A DNA stretch of 61,936 bases, from NCBI GenBank assembly GCA_003162635.1, contig PMNE01000030.1, forward strand, positions 23,920 through 85,855. Reading direction: 5' to 3'. The notes under the pieces were generated by a model, which saw nothing but the letters and a program-made list of their open reading frames with translations, was not told where the DNA came from and searched no databases. The DNA comes from Ignavibacteriota bacterium. GTDB taxonomy: Bacteria > Bacteroidota > Ignavibacteria > UBA10030 > UBA6906. Shown in pieces: positions 37,378 through 46,387 of this stretch; the stretch's first letter is position 1, and each line of letters starts with the position of its first letter. Position numbers and translations under genes: made by a program.

Positions 37378-37626
37378 TCAGGCGAAACTGTCGTTGATCG
37401 TATCGATGACGGCGAACGTCGACCGCAATTGTTCCTTCGTCTGCCGCAGGAGGGCGAGTCCATTCTCCCGGTCGCGTGTCAGGCGCTGCAGCACCTCCCT
37501 GACCTCCGGATAATCGCATGAAGCGGCCGCTTCCACATACGCCGTCATGGCTTCCCGCTCCCTTTTCTCCGCCGCCTCCAGCGCCTGGCAGAGTCCCTTG
37601 CACGTGCGCTTGCATTGCTGTGTCAT
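37378..37626 (-). CDS. Small helical Cys-containing protein (82 aa), paralogue 2
   Basis: ATG at 37626 after AAGGAGGAA. CKRTCKGLC then ALEAAEKREREAMTAYVEAAASCDYPEVREVLQRLTRDRENGLALLRQTKEQL. Confidence 0.5.
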   Translation of the reverse strand: MTQQCKRTCKGLCQALEAAEKREREAMTAYVEAAASCDYPEVREVLQRLTRDRENGLALLRQTKEQLRSTFAVIDTINDSFA

Positions 37627-37639
37627 GGTTCCTCCTTCT

Positions 37640-38188
37640 CTACGCCGCGACGCGCGCGGCGAGTTCAAAGCCGCGTTTGAGCGCGGTTTCATTCAGCGGG
37701 AGCAGATTGTGATATCGTTCGGGGAGCACTTTCGCCAATGCCTGCATGATGGCGCCGGTCTCCACAACGTGGGTCCGCTCCAGGAATGCCCCCAGGATGA
37801 TCATGTTCATGGTCCTGGAGTTCTTGAGTTTCAATGCCTCTTCCGCCGCGGCAACCGGGACGATGGTGATATCGGTACGCGTCGGTGGTTTGATGATGTT
37901 GGTCGATTCATAGATCAACAAACCCCCCTTCCGTACGGCTCCCTCGAATTTGTCGAGTGACGGCTGGTTCAAAGCCACAACCGTGTCGAAAGCGGCAATG
38001 ATGGGGGAGCTGATCTTCGCATCCGACACAATGACAATGCAGTTCGCAGTCCCCCCGCGCATCTCCGGTCCGTACGACGGCATCCAGCTGATCTCTTTGC
38101 CTTCCACCATACCGGCATAAGCGAGCGTCATTCCCATGGAGAGGACGCCTTGTCCGCCAAAGCCGGCAACGAGCAATTCGTGTTTCAT
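37640..38188 (-). CDS. 2-oxoacid:ferredoxin oxidoreductase, gamma subunit
   Basis: AGFGGQGVL motif. ATG at 38188 after GAGGA. Confidence 0.85.
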   Translation of the reverse strand: MKHELLVAGFGGQGVLSMGMTLAYAGMVEGKEISWMPSYGPEMRGGTANCIVIVSDAKISSPIIAAFDTVVALNQPSLDKFEGAVRKGGLLIYESTNIIKPPTRTDITIVPVAAAEEALKLKNSRTMNMIILGAFLERTHVVETGAIMQALAKVLPERYHNLLPLNETALKRGFELAARVAA

Positions 38189-38198
38189 GACCACATCC

Positions 38199-38978
38199 TC
38201 ATGAGTGTGGGACTTTGATATCGCCGGGCGGATAGAGGGGGAACATGTTCTTCTCCAGCCACTCGTTCGCCTCTCCGGGGGTCATTTTCCAGCCGGAGGG
38301 ACAGTTCGAGACCACTTCGACAAGGCAGGTTCCTTTTTTCTCCTTCTGGTAGCGGAAGGCATGAAGAAGCGCCTTCTTCAGATGGCGGACGGCGTTCGGC
38401 GTGTGCACCGACTGTCGTGTCACGTAGGCGACTCCAGGGAGCAGTGCAATCATCTCGGAGATCTTGAGCGGGTAACCGGACGTTTCGATGGTCCGCCCGC
38501 CGGGGGATGTGCTCGTCTTCATGCCGAGGAGCGTCGTCGGCGCCATCTGGCCTCCGGTCATGCCGTAGATGGCGTTGTTGATGAACACCATGAGGATGTT
38601 TTCGCCGCGGTTAGCCGTGTGAATAGTCTCCGCGGTTCCGATCGCCGCGAGGTCACCATCCCCCTGGTAGGAAAAAACATACCTATCGGGATGAAGCCGC
38701 TTCACGGCAGTAGCGACGGCAGAAGCCCGCCCGTGCGCCGCTTCCTGCATATCAATGTTCATGTAGTGATAGGCGAAGACGGAACAACCAACCGGCGCCA
38801 CGCCAATTGTTTGATCCTGGATGCCGAGCTCTTCCACAATCTCCATCAGAACCCGGTGGACAACGCCGTGGCCGCAGCCGGGGCAATAATGAAGGCGCGT
38901 CTCCGTAAGTGTGTCGGCGGGACGAGCATAGACACATTCGAGCCCTTCGGCAATCGGATCGACCTGTACGGTATCCAT
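38199..38978 (-). CDS. 2-oxoacid:ferredoxin oxidoreductase, beta (TPP-binding) subunit
   Basis: YCPGCGHG and GDGD...NNAIYGMTGGQ motifs. Start re-called at MDTVQVDPI. Confidence 0.9.
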   Translation of the reverse strand: MDTVQVDPIAEGLECVYARPADTLTETRLHYCPGCGHGVVHRVLMEIVEELGIQDQTIGVAPVGCSVFAYHYMNIDMQEAAHGRASAVATAVKRLHPDRYVFSYQGDGDLAAIGTAETIHTANRGENILMVFINNAIYGMTGGQMAPTTLLGMKTSTSPGGRTIETSGYPLKISEMIALLPGVAYVTRQSVHTPNAVRHLKKALLHAFRYQKEKKGTCLVEVVSNCPSGWKMTPGEANEWLEKNMFPLYPPGDIKVPHS

Positions 38979-38979
38979 G

Positions 38980-40074
38980 TCAGTATGTCTCCGCATGTAG
39001 TGCAACATCCTGCGTCGTGAGGTTCTCCAGAGCCGCGAAGACCTCATCCGGCGACGGGATAATCCCGCCCATCCTGCCGGCGAAGGTCACGGGAACCCGC
39101 CCTTCGACGGCTAATCTGACGTCTTCGACCATCTGGCCTGCGTTCATCTCGACCACAAGGATGCCCCGGACACGTTCTGCCAGTGCCCGGACCGCATCGC
39201 TCGGATAGGGATAGAGCGTGATGGGCCGGAGAAGCCCGGCGCGGATGCCATGGGAGCGCGCGATCTCCACCGCCCCTTGCGCAACCCGCGCTGCAAGGCC
39301 GTAGGCAACGATCCCGTACTCAGCGTCATCGGTCATGAAGCACTCGGAACGAACTTCCTTTTCCCGGATGACCGCATACTTCTCCTGGAGCCGGATGTTG
39401 ATCTGTTCCATCTTCTCGGGTTCGATGAAGAGTGATGTGATGATGTTCCGTTCGCGCGAACGCGGCTTTCCTGTGGTCGCCCATGGCTTCGCGGGCGTAT
39501 GTTCCTTCGGATTGTAGTCGCGGAACGCGACCTTCTCCATCATCTGGCCAAGCGCCCCATCGGCGAGAATCATCACCGGATTGCGGTACTTGTCGGCAAG
39601 GTCGAACGCATCGTAGACAAAATCCGCCATTTCCTGCACGCTGGAAGGGGCGAGAACGATCAACCGGTAGTCGCCATGGCCTCCTCCCTTGGTCGCCTGG
39701 AAGTAATCACCCTGCGACGGCTGGATGGTCCCCAATCCCGGCCCCCCCCTGCTCACATTCACGATCAGACAAGGGAGCTGGGCGGCGGCGATATACGAGA
39801 TCCCCTCCTGCATCAGGCTGATTCCCGGGCTGGACGACGAGGTCATCACCCGAGCACCGGCACCGGCGCCGCCGTACACCATATTGATGGACGCCACTTC
39901 GCTTTCCGCCTGGAGAACGATCATGCCGCGCCTTCTCCCCTCGTCGGCAAGGTACTCCAAAATTTCGGACTGCGGCGTGATTGGGTAGCCGAAGTAGGCC
40001 TGGCATCCCGCGCGGATCGCCGCTTCTGCGAGGGCTTCATTCCCCTTCATCAGTTCCGCTGTGCTCACGGTCAT
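38980..40074 (-). CDS. 2-oxoacid:ferredoxin oxidoreductase, alpha subunit
   Basis: [28 protein letters not shown]-terminus. ATGA overlap with the delta gene. Confidence 0.9.
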   Translation of the reverse strand: MTVSTAELMKGNEALAEAAIRAGCQAYFGYPITPQSEILEYLADEGRRRGMIVLQAESEVASINMVYGGAGAGARVMTSSSSPGISLMQEGISYIAAAQLPCLIVNVSRGGPGLGTIQPSQGDYFQATKGGGHGDYRLIVLAPSSVQEMADFVYDAFDLADKYRNPVMILADGALGQMMEKVAFRDYNPKEHTPAKPWATTGKPRSRERNIITSLFIEPEKMEQINIRLQEKYAVIREKEVRSECFMTDDAEYGIVAYGLAARVAQGAVEIARSHGIRAGLLRPITLYPYPSDAVRALAERVRGILVVEMNAGQMVEDVRLAVEGRVPVTFAGRMGGIIPSPDEVFAALENLTTQDVALHAETY

Positions 40075-40364
40075 TTCCTTTCGTCGTCAATCGTGACGGA
40101 GATATCGCGGGCGACATTGCTGATGGTCGCCACCGGCACCTTCCCCTTCTTCTTGTTTTCCCGGTACACCGTGATGACCGCGTCCGGACAGACGAGGGCG
40201 CAGTTGATGCATCCCGTGCAGTTGTCCTTCACCAGTACTGCGTAGTGGTATCCCTGGGTGTTGATCTCCGGAGAAAGCGCCAGGCTCTCCTGTGGACACG
40301 CTTCGACGCACAAGGAACATCCTTTGCAGGTTTCAATGCTTAGCGTAACGCTGCCTCGTGCCAT
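40071..40364 (-). CDS. 2-oxoacid:ferredoxin oxidoreductase, delta (2x[4Fe-4S] ferredoxin) subunit
   Basis: [12 protein letters not shown] and [24 protein letters not shown]. Confidence 0.85.
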   Translation of the reverse strand: MARGSVTLSIETCKGCSLCVEACPQESLALSPEINTQGYHYAVLVKDNCTGCINCALVCPDAVITVYRENKKKGKVPVATISNVARDISVTIDDERK

Positions 40365-40379
40365 CGGAACTCCTCCTTC

Positions 40380-41714
40380 TTACAAGTAATGATGCTCTTT
40401 CGCAAACGCCTCAAGTTCCTCGCGAAACGATGGGTGGGCGATGCCGATCAGAAGTTCTGCGCGCTGTCGTATCGTCCGTCCGTGCAGGTTGACGATGCCA
40501 TGTTCGGTGATGACATAGTGGACGTCCCCCCTCGACGTTGTGATCCCCGCTCCTTCACGCACATGCGTGGTGATGCGCGATATCGTGCCCCCCTTCGCAG
40601 TCGAAGGAAGTGCGATAATCGGTTTCCCTCCCTCCGATTTTGCCGCCCCTCTCATGAAATCGACCTGCCCGCCGAACCCGCTGTAGAAGCGATACCCCAC
40701 CGAATCGGCCACCACCTGTCCCGTCAGATCGACCTCGATCGCCGAATTGACCGCGATCATATTGTTGTTCCGCGCAATGGTGAACGGATCGTTCGTAAAC
40801 TGGCTGGGGCGGAATTCAAAGGCGGGGTTGTTGTCAACGAAGTCGAACAGTTTCTGCGAGCCGAGAACGAACGATGTGACGGTCTTCCCGGGAAGGAGAG
40901 TCTTCCGCAGGTTCGTCACCACACCGTCCTCCATCAGCGGGATGATGCCGTCCGACACCATTTCAGAATGAACGCCGAGATCTTTCCGGTCTTTCAGATA
41001 CTGGACGGTCGCATCGGGGATGCGGCCGATGCCGAGCTGGAGCGTCGATCCGTCTTCAACCAGGCTGGCCACCTGCTGGCCGATCTGACGGTACACGTCC
41101 ATTTCTTCCGGGGTGACATCTCCCTCCAACTGTGGCAGCTCTTTCAAGGGGGCATCCGTATCCACACAATAGTCGATCCGGTTCATGTGGATGAAGCAGT
41201 CGCCCAGCGTTCGCGGCATGTGGGGGTTCACCTGGGCAACAACGATCTTTGCCACATCGGTCGCCGCCCTTGTACATTCCACCCCCACGCCGAAGCTGCA
41301 ATACCCGTGATCGTCCGGAGGGGAGACCTGGATGAGAGCGACCTCAATCGGATAGTGCCCACCGTAAAAGAGAGCGGGGATCTCCGAAAGGAAGATCGGC
41401 GTGAAATCGGCCCGTCCGTCGCAGACGGCCTGCCGCACGTTTTTGCCGATGAAGAAAGCATTGTGACGGAAGTGCCCGCTCATTTCGGCCCGGGCGTAGG
41501 CCGCTTCACCGACGCCGAGCAGATGACATACTTCGACATCGTGCAGCTCTTCCCATCGCTTGACCATTGCATCGACGAGAACAAGAGGAACGGCACAACC
41601 CGGATGAATGTAGACGCGATCACCCGACTGGATGACCGATACCGCTTCCGCCGCACTGACGAACTTTCTCCCATACTTTTTCGTCATCTCCGATATCATG
41701 GTATTGTCGTGCAT
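40380..41714 (-). CDS. Acetyl-CoA hydrolase/transferase-family CoA-transferase (4-hydroxybutyrate/butyryl-CoA:acetate type)
   Basis: About 444 aa. GDRVYIHPGCAVP near the N-terminus and GGQVDF motif. ATG at 41714 after AGGAG. Confidence 0.8.
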   Translation of the reverse strand: MHDNTMISEMTKKYGRKFVSAAEAVSVIQSGDRVYIHPGCAVPLVLVDAMVKRWEELHDVEVCHLLGVGEAAYARAEMSGHFRHNAFFIGKNVRQAVCDGRADFTPIFLSEIPALFYGGHYPIEVALIQVSPPDDHGYCSFGVGVECTRAATDVAKIVVAQVNPHMPRTLGDCFIHMNRIDYCVDTDAPLKELPQLEGDVTPEEMDVYRQIGQQVASLVEDGSTLQLGIGRIPDATVQYLKDRKDLGVHSEMVSDGIIPLMEDGVVTNLRKTLLPGKTVTSFVLGSQKLFDFVDNNPAFEFRPSQFTNDPFTIARNNNMIAVNSAIEVDLTGQVVADSVGYRFYSGFGGQVDFMRGAAKSEGGKPIIALPSTAKGGTISRITTHVREGAGITTSRGDVHYVITEHGIVNLHGRTIRQRAELLIGIAHPSFREELEAFAKEHHYL

Positions 41715-41742
41715 CGTAGCTCCTGGAACTCTCCGTGAATGC

Positions 41743-43071
41743 CTATTGCGTTTGATCGAGGGAAAAAGCAAGATCTCTGATAATGTCCTCCGCCTTTTCG
41801 AGACCGATGGCAAGGCGGATCCCGCCCGTATCGAGCCCCTTGGCGGTCTGTTCCTCCGGCGGGACGGCGGAGTGGGTCATGGACGACGGATGTTCAATGA
41901 GTGTTCTGATGTTCCCCAGACTGACCGCAAGGGTGATACAATATGCGTTCTGTGCAATGTGATTGATGAAGCGTTCTGCTCGGCCCAACGCTGTCCCTGC
42001 ATCCTGCCCCTTGACGACATAGTAGATCATCGCCCCGGGGGCAAAGTTCCCGTCATAGTCCACCATTTGCTTCCGCGCGATGGCCGCTTGTGCAAACCCC
42101 GGGAGCCCTGGATACTCAACACGCGCGATGTCAGGGCGCGATAAGAGAAATTCCGCAACGCGCTGCGCGGTCTGCTGCATCTGCCGCATCCTCAACGCCA
42201 GTGTGGGAAGTCCCTGGACCAACACCGGCCACGCGCTCTTCGCAGAGAGAACACCGCCGAAATCCTTCCGGAACAGCATGAGCATGTCCTTGCTCCACTT
42301 CGGACCGATCACCACCCCGCCGATGTCCGTACCAAAGCCGCCAATCCCTTTCGTAAGCGAATGGACGACGAAGTCGATCCCAAGGGCGAGCGGACGCTGG
42401 CAGAAGGGCGTGGCAAATGTGCTGTCAACAATGGTGTAGATCCTGTTCTTGGCAGAGCGCGAGGCGTTGATCGACGCCGCCAGTTCACTGATCGCCCGGA
42501 GATCGGTCAAGCGCAGCGTGGGATTCGCGGGAGATTCCATGTACAGCACCCGCGTGTTCTTTGTGATCGAACGCCGGACATCCTCAACATTCGAAAAGTC
42601 CACGAACTTCGTCGAGATCTTGAGCCGGGGATACCAATTCGTGAGAAGGGAGTACGTGCATCCGTAGATCGTTTTGTGCGCGATGATCTCGCTCCCTGCC
42701 CCCGTCAGGATACCGAGCACACCCGAGATCGCCGCCATGCCGCTGGCAAAGGTCACGGCGATATCTCCGTGCTCTGCAAGCGCAAGATTTTCCTCGAGCA
42801 TATCTTTATTCGGTTCGCCGAGACGATCGTAGATATAGATGGGGGCCTTCGCCTCGACCGTCACCTCATCGCTTGAGTGGGCAAATTCCGCAAATCCCTG
42901 GGCGCCGCGCCGGGCGCTGTCGAGACGGAATGTCGCGCTCGACGAAATAGGCGGGAGGAGGTGGTGACTGTAGTCCCACAGTGGGTCGTCCATCTGTCCG
43001 TAGATCAGATGGGCCTCTGTTGAATACCCCTTGCCTTTCGTCTTCTCGGGCCCGTCAGCGTGCCGCCCCAT
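41743..43071 (-). CDS. O-acetylhomoserine sulfhydrylase-like Cys/Met-metabolism PLP enzyme
   Basis: HSLTKGIGGFGTDIGG PLP-lysine region. The ATG at 43071 has AAGGAG 7 nt upstream; an alternative ATG at 43086 lacks an RBS. Confidence 0.75.
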   Translation of the reverse strand: MGRHADGPEKTKGKGYSTEAHLIYGQMDDPLWDYSHHLLPPISSSATFRLDSARRGAQGFAEFAHSSDEVTVEAKAPIYIYDRLGEPNKDMLEENLALAEHGDIAVTFASGMAAISGVLGILTGAGSEIIAHKTIYGCTYSLLTNWYPRLKISTKFVDFSNVEDVRRSITKNTRVLYMESPANPTLRLTDLRAISELAASINASRSAKNRIYTIVDSTFATPFCQRPLALGIDFVVHSLTKGIGGFGTDIGGVVIGPKWSKDMLMLFRKDFGGVLSAKSAWPVLVQGLPTLALRMRQMQQTAQRVAEFLLSRPDIARVEYPGLPGFAQAAIARKQMVDYDGNFAPGAMIYYVVKGQDAGTALGRAERFINHIAQNAYCITLAVSLGNIRTLIEHPSSMTHSAVPPEEQTAKGLDTGGIRLAIGLEKAEDIIRDLAFSLDQTQ

Positions 43072-43152
43072 GACAGTCTCCTTCATGTGATCGTTGAAAA
43101 GCTGCTCCCACCCGCCAATTTCATGGACGGCGGCGCGGGGAGAGTCACGCCC

Positions 43153-43404
43153 CTACGCAGCCGTGCAGGACGCCTGCTCGCTCCTGATGGCATCGACCGG
43201 GCAATCTTCCATTGCCTCGAGGATGAAATCTTCCTGCTCCGCTGTCTCCGGCTGTCGGGCAACGAAGTACGTGTTGGACCCCTTTTCAAAATCAAAACTG
43301 TCAGGCGCAACCGCCGCGCAATAGGCACATCCGTCGCATTCTTCCGTCGTGTAGTACTTTCCCGGCACGTTGCGGGGAAGTTTTCTCGGCTCCTCGGCTT
43401 CCAT
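43153..43404 (-). CDS. Small ferredoxin
   Basis: CDGCAYC...EDCP cluster motif. The ATG overlaps the ccmF stop by 1 nt (TGATG), with GGAGG upstream. Confidence 0.7.
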   Translation of the reverse strand: MEAEEPRKLPRNVPGKYYTTEECDGCAYCAAVAPDSFDFEKGSNTYFVARQPETAEQEDFILEAMEDCPVDAIRSEQASCTAA

Positions 43405-45626
43405 CACGCCTCCTTCGCTCGTTTAACGATTGCCACGATGAATCCCATCGTGAAGATGAGTGTTCCCGCCCACAAAAGAACGATCCACGGTTTGACGCTC
43501 GCGTCGACAAAAAGTGTTTCCGCACGCGTTTGCACCGGATCATTTCGTTGAACCTGCAGAGTAACCGACGACAATCCATCCCCCATGCCCACATGCATGC
43601 CAACGAGGGCCACATCGGCATGCATGAGTTTCGAAGGAACCGGCTTGTACTCCTGCCGTCCGTTCGTTGTCACAATGGACGGCACAATCGTTTCCGTCTC
43701 ACTCTTGCCCGTCAGTTCCAGAACTGCGCCGATTTCCATTCCCGCACCCGATGTCATCCCCTGCGCCGCATGGCCCCTCATATCAAACCTCGCGAACTTC
43801 GTCGTGATGCCTCCAAGAACGGCAGTCGCCCCCTTGTTCACGCTCGCCGTCTCCCCCCGGCCCTCTTCGCGTCCTTCCTCAAGGCTGACTGGAGAGATGT
43901 ACACGTCCCGACTGATGGTCGATGCGATGTCCGGTGTCCGCATGAGCCCGCGCTCTCCCGTATTCTCCATGATGGGAGAAAGGACAAACGCTCTTTCGCC
44001 TTCCCGCACCTCCACGGTAAACCTGAATTTGCCGTCCGGTTCCTGCGTGTGGCCCGTGTAGATCATCGTTCGACCGAGCACCGTCCGGGGAGCGTTAAGC
44101 GGGAGGCCGACATGCTCCGTCGTTTCCATCCTCCCCACAAGAACGATCCCCATGAGGACGAGAGCAATCCCGGCATGGGCGATTTTTCCCCCAATGAACC
44201 TGAAATTCCCCCTCACGATCTTGATCGCGGCATCGACATTGACAAAGAGTGCGACGAGGGAGGTCCAGACGAGCACCACGACCGAAGCATCACGCATGCC
44301 GAGGAGGAAGAGGATCACGACAATGACCGCGGCGGCGGCGCAATGGGGGAGCAGACGCCTCCATGTTCCTTTGACATCCTGTATCTCCCATTGCGTCTGC
44401 AGACTGACAGCAATCAGCACAACCAGAATGATCGCCGCGGGCAGCCCTGTGGCGTCATAGAAAGAGGGTTCCACACGGGTCGCGGAAAAGATCGGGAGAC
44501 TGGTGCCGAACAGGACAATGGCCGCAAGGATAAGAATCATCAGGGTGCCCGCGCCGAGCATCGTCTCCCTCGTCACCAGTCCGCTCTCCCCCTTTTCAGG
44601 ACGGAGGTCGTTCCACCGGAGAGCGAGGAGCGCTGCGCTCCCGAGTGTCAGAAGCGCAAGGACGCCCAGGAGAAGGGCAAAGACCACCGCACCGGGATCA
44701 GTGAAGGAATGGACCGAGGCATCGCCCAGGATGCCGCTGCGTGTCAGGAACGTGCTATAGAGGACAAGGAGAAACGTGACGAGCGCAAGAGCAAAGTTCG
44801 TTCTGACGTACTTGCCTGTCCGGAGCTGGGCAAGCAGCGTATGAAGGAAAGCGACAGCCGTCAGCCACGGAACGAGGGAGGAATTTTCCACGGGATCCCA
44901 TCCCCAGTACCCTCCCCAGCCGAGAACTCCGTACGCCCAATAAGCACCGAGCATCAGACCGAGTCCGAGAACGGATGCGGCAAACAGGATCCATGGAAAA
45001 GTTTGTGCGGGGAGGATGGTATAGTTCTTTTGCCACAAGCCGGCGATCGCCATGCTGAAGGGTACTGCCAACGCGGCAAAGCCAAGAAAGAGGACGGGCG
45101 GATGGATCACCATCCAGAGATTCTGCAACAGGGGGTTGAGGCCGCGGCCGTCGACGGGAAGGGTTGTGGGTCCCTGCGGGAACATTTCCCACACCGATCG
45201 AAACGGCGATTTTGCTTCGATCAATACGAGGAGGAGAGTCAGCACTCCTCCATAGACCGCCATGATTGCCGCTTCACTCCCCCGTTTTCGCGTCCACGCA
45301 CGCAGGGCGATGCCGATGCCTGCTGCGCAGAGAGCCCAGAACAGGAAGCTCCCTTCCTGTCCGGCATAGAAGCAAGAGATCAGATATTGGAGGGGGAGGG
45401 ATCGGTCGCTGTAGCTATAGACGTATCCGTTGGAGAAATCATGTCGAAGAAAAAGAACGAGGAGCAACAGGGAAGCAAGCCCGATGCAGAAGGCGCCCGC
45501 CAGGAACATCCGCCGCGGGTGGAGAAGCGAGCCCGCACCGGTCATCGCAACCCGGCTGTAGAGAACCGTCGACGCGGCCACGGCAAGCAACGCCAAGAGT
45601 ACCACTATCTGCCCAAGAACAGTCAT
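43404..45626 (-). CDS. ccmF: Cytochrome c haem lyase CcmF/NrfE family
   Basis: WWD-type motif WGGYWGWDPVENSSLVPW. N-terminal YSDRSLPLQYLISCFYAGQEGSFLFW. About 15 TM segments. ATG at 45626 after GGGAGGTG. Confidence 0.85.
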   Translation of the reverse strand: MTVLGQIVVLLALLAVAASTVLYSRVAMTGAGSLLHPRRMFLAGAFCIGLASLLLLVLFLRHDFSNGYVYSYSDRSLPLQYLISCFYAGQEGSFLFWALCAAGIGIALRAWTRKRGSEAAIMAVYGGVLTLLLVLIEAKSPFRSVWEMFPQGPTTLPVDGRGLNPLLQNLWMVIHPPVLFLGFAALAVPFSMAIAGLWQKNYTILPAQTFPWILFAASVLGLGLMLGAYWAYGVLGWGGYWGWDPVENSSLVPWLTAVAFLHTLLAQLRTGKYVRTNFALALVTFLLVLYSTFLTRSGILGDASVHSFTDPGAVVFALLLGVLALLTLGSAALLALRWNDLRPEKGESGLVTRETMLGAGTLMILILAAIVLFGTSLPIFSATRVEPSFYDATGLPAAIILVVLIAVSLQTQWEIQDVKGTWRRLLPHCAAAAVIVVILFLLGMRDASVVVLVWTSLVALFVNVDAAIKIVRGNFRFIGGKIAHAGIALVLMGIVLVGRMETTEHVGLPLNAPRTVLGRTMIYTGHTQEPDGKFRFTVEVREGERAFVLSPIMENTGERGLMRTPDIASTISRDVYISPVSLEEGREEGRGETASVNKGATAVLGGITTKFARFDMRGHAAQGMTSGAGMEIGAVLELTGKSETETIVPSIVTTNGRQEYKPVPSKLMHADVALVGMHVGMGDGLSSVTLQVQRNDPVQTRAETLFVDASVKPWIVLLWAGTLIFTMGFIVAIVKRAKEA

Positions 45627-45661
45627 TGCACCTCCCAGGAAGACCCACACGACTTTCTCGT

Positions 45662-45677
45662 TTCAACATGCGTGCCA
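45662..45677 (-). promoter_or_regulatory. Sigma54-type promoter candidate upstream of ccmF
   Basis: Minus strand TGGCAC-GCATG-TTGAA. Perfect -24 element and spacing; the -12 element is TTGAA instead of TTGCW. Lies 36 nt upstream of the ccmF ATG. Confidence 0.45.
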
Positions 45678-45820
45678 TGAAAATGCCCGGAAGGTTGGGG
45701 AATAGAGTGAATAGGAGGCATTTCCCGGATTCTTCGCAGCGACGGGAGAAGAGATTCTTCCAATCCCTGAGAAATGCTTGGCAGGAGTGAAAAAGGGGGA
45801 ATTCGTGCACCATCGCGGGG

Positions 45821-45856
45821 CAACAATGGAAGAAGCCGGCGGGTTGTGCCGCCGGC
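45821..45856 (-). terminator. Terminator-like hairpin closing the multihaem operon
   Basis: GCCGGCGG (45835-45842) / CCGCCGGC (45849-45856). The minus-strand transcript continues UUCUUCCAUUGUUG. Confidence 0.45.
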
Positions 45857-45894
45857 CTCAACGATGAAACGTCACATGGATGGGTCTGCCTCTG

Positions 45895-46239
45895 TCACCC
45901 CATATGGAGGCGGTGCTTGAGCTGAGTCTCTTCGATAACCTCGACGATCATCGGGAAGTATCTGTCGAGAGCGCATGCCACGTCGTCCCGCAGCCGGCAG
46001 GACCCGTCGCCCGATTGGTGCGTGCAGACGCGGCAGACTTTCTCACGCAACTGCTCTTCGTAGGGTTCGATCGAAGAGCTGAACGCCGCATTGATCGCTT
46101 CGATGATCTGCGGGAATGAGGTCCGCAGCGCACATTCCCGGCCGTCGCCAATCCTACACTCTCCAAGACCGTCCCCATCCACGCACTTCGCACAGATCCT
46201 TTTCTCGATGGCTTCCCAGTACTCCACTTCCGTCGTCAT
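45895..46239 (-). CDS. Cytoplasmic Cys-rich protein with an internal tandem duplication (2 x CxxC-Xn-C-X6-CAL)
   Basis: ATG at 46239 after GAGGGAG. Repeats ICAKCVDGDGLGECRIGDGRECALRTSFPQIIEAI and VCRVCTHQSGDGSCRLRDDVACALDRYFPMIVEVI. Confidence 0.55.
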   Translation of the reverse strand: MTTEVEYWEAIEKRICAKCVDGDGLGECRIGDGRECALRTSFPQIIEAINAAFSSSIEPYEEQLREKVCRVCTHQSGDGSCRLRDDVACALDRYFPMIVEVIEETQLKHRLHMG

Positions 46240-46286
46240 GGCGGAGCTCCCTCTCAGTGTCTGAAAAAAATGGCGTTTTCCCGCGA

Positions 46287-46364
46287 TCACCCGTACGTCG
46301 CTGCCAGCAGCAATAGGAACAAAAGCGGCGGCACTATCGCTGCAAAAGCAAACCTGATTCTCAT
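46287..46364 (-). CDS. Candidate 25-aa hydrophobic micro-ORF
   Basis: MRIRFAFAAIVPPLLFLLLLAATYG. AGGGGAG lies 8 nt upstream of the ATG. An in-frame upstream ATG at 46388 overlaps the stop of the preceding cytochrome gene (TAATG). Confidence 0.25.
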   Translation of the reverse strand: MRIRFAFAAIVPPLLFLLLLAATYG

Positions 46365-46387
46365 CTCATTCTCCCCTGCGTTCTCCA

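Noticed and set aside
40389-41738. 449-aa plus-strand ORF
   Set aside because: It is antisense to the acetyl-CoA hydrolase/transferase-family gene and has no recognisable features.
43530-45680. 716-aa plus-strand ORF
   Set aside because: It is antisense to the CcmF-family gene, which has clear family motifs. The product is Arg/Pro/Gly/His-rich low complexity with no motifs. This is a typical shadow ORF in GC-rich DNA.
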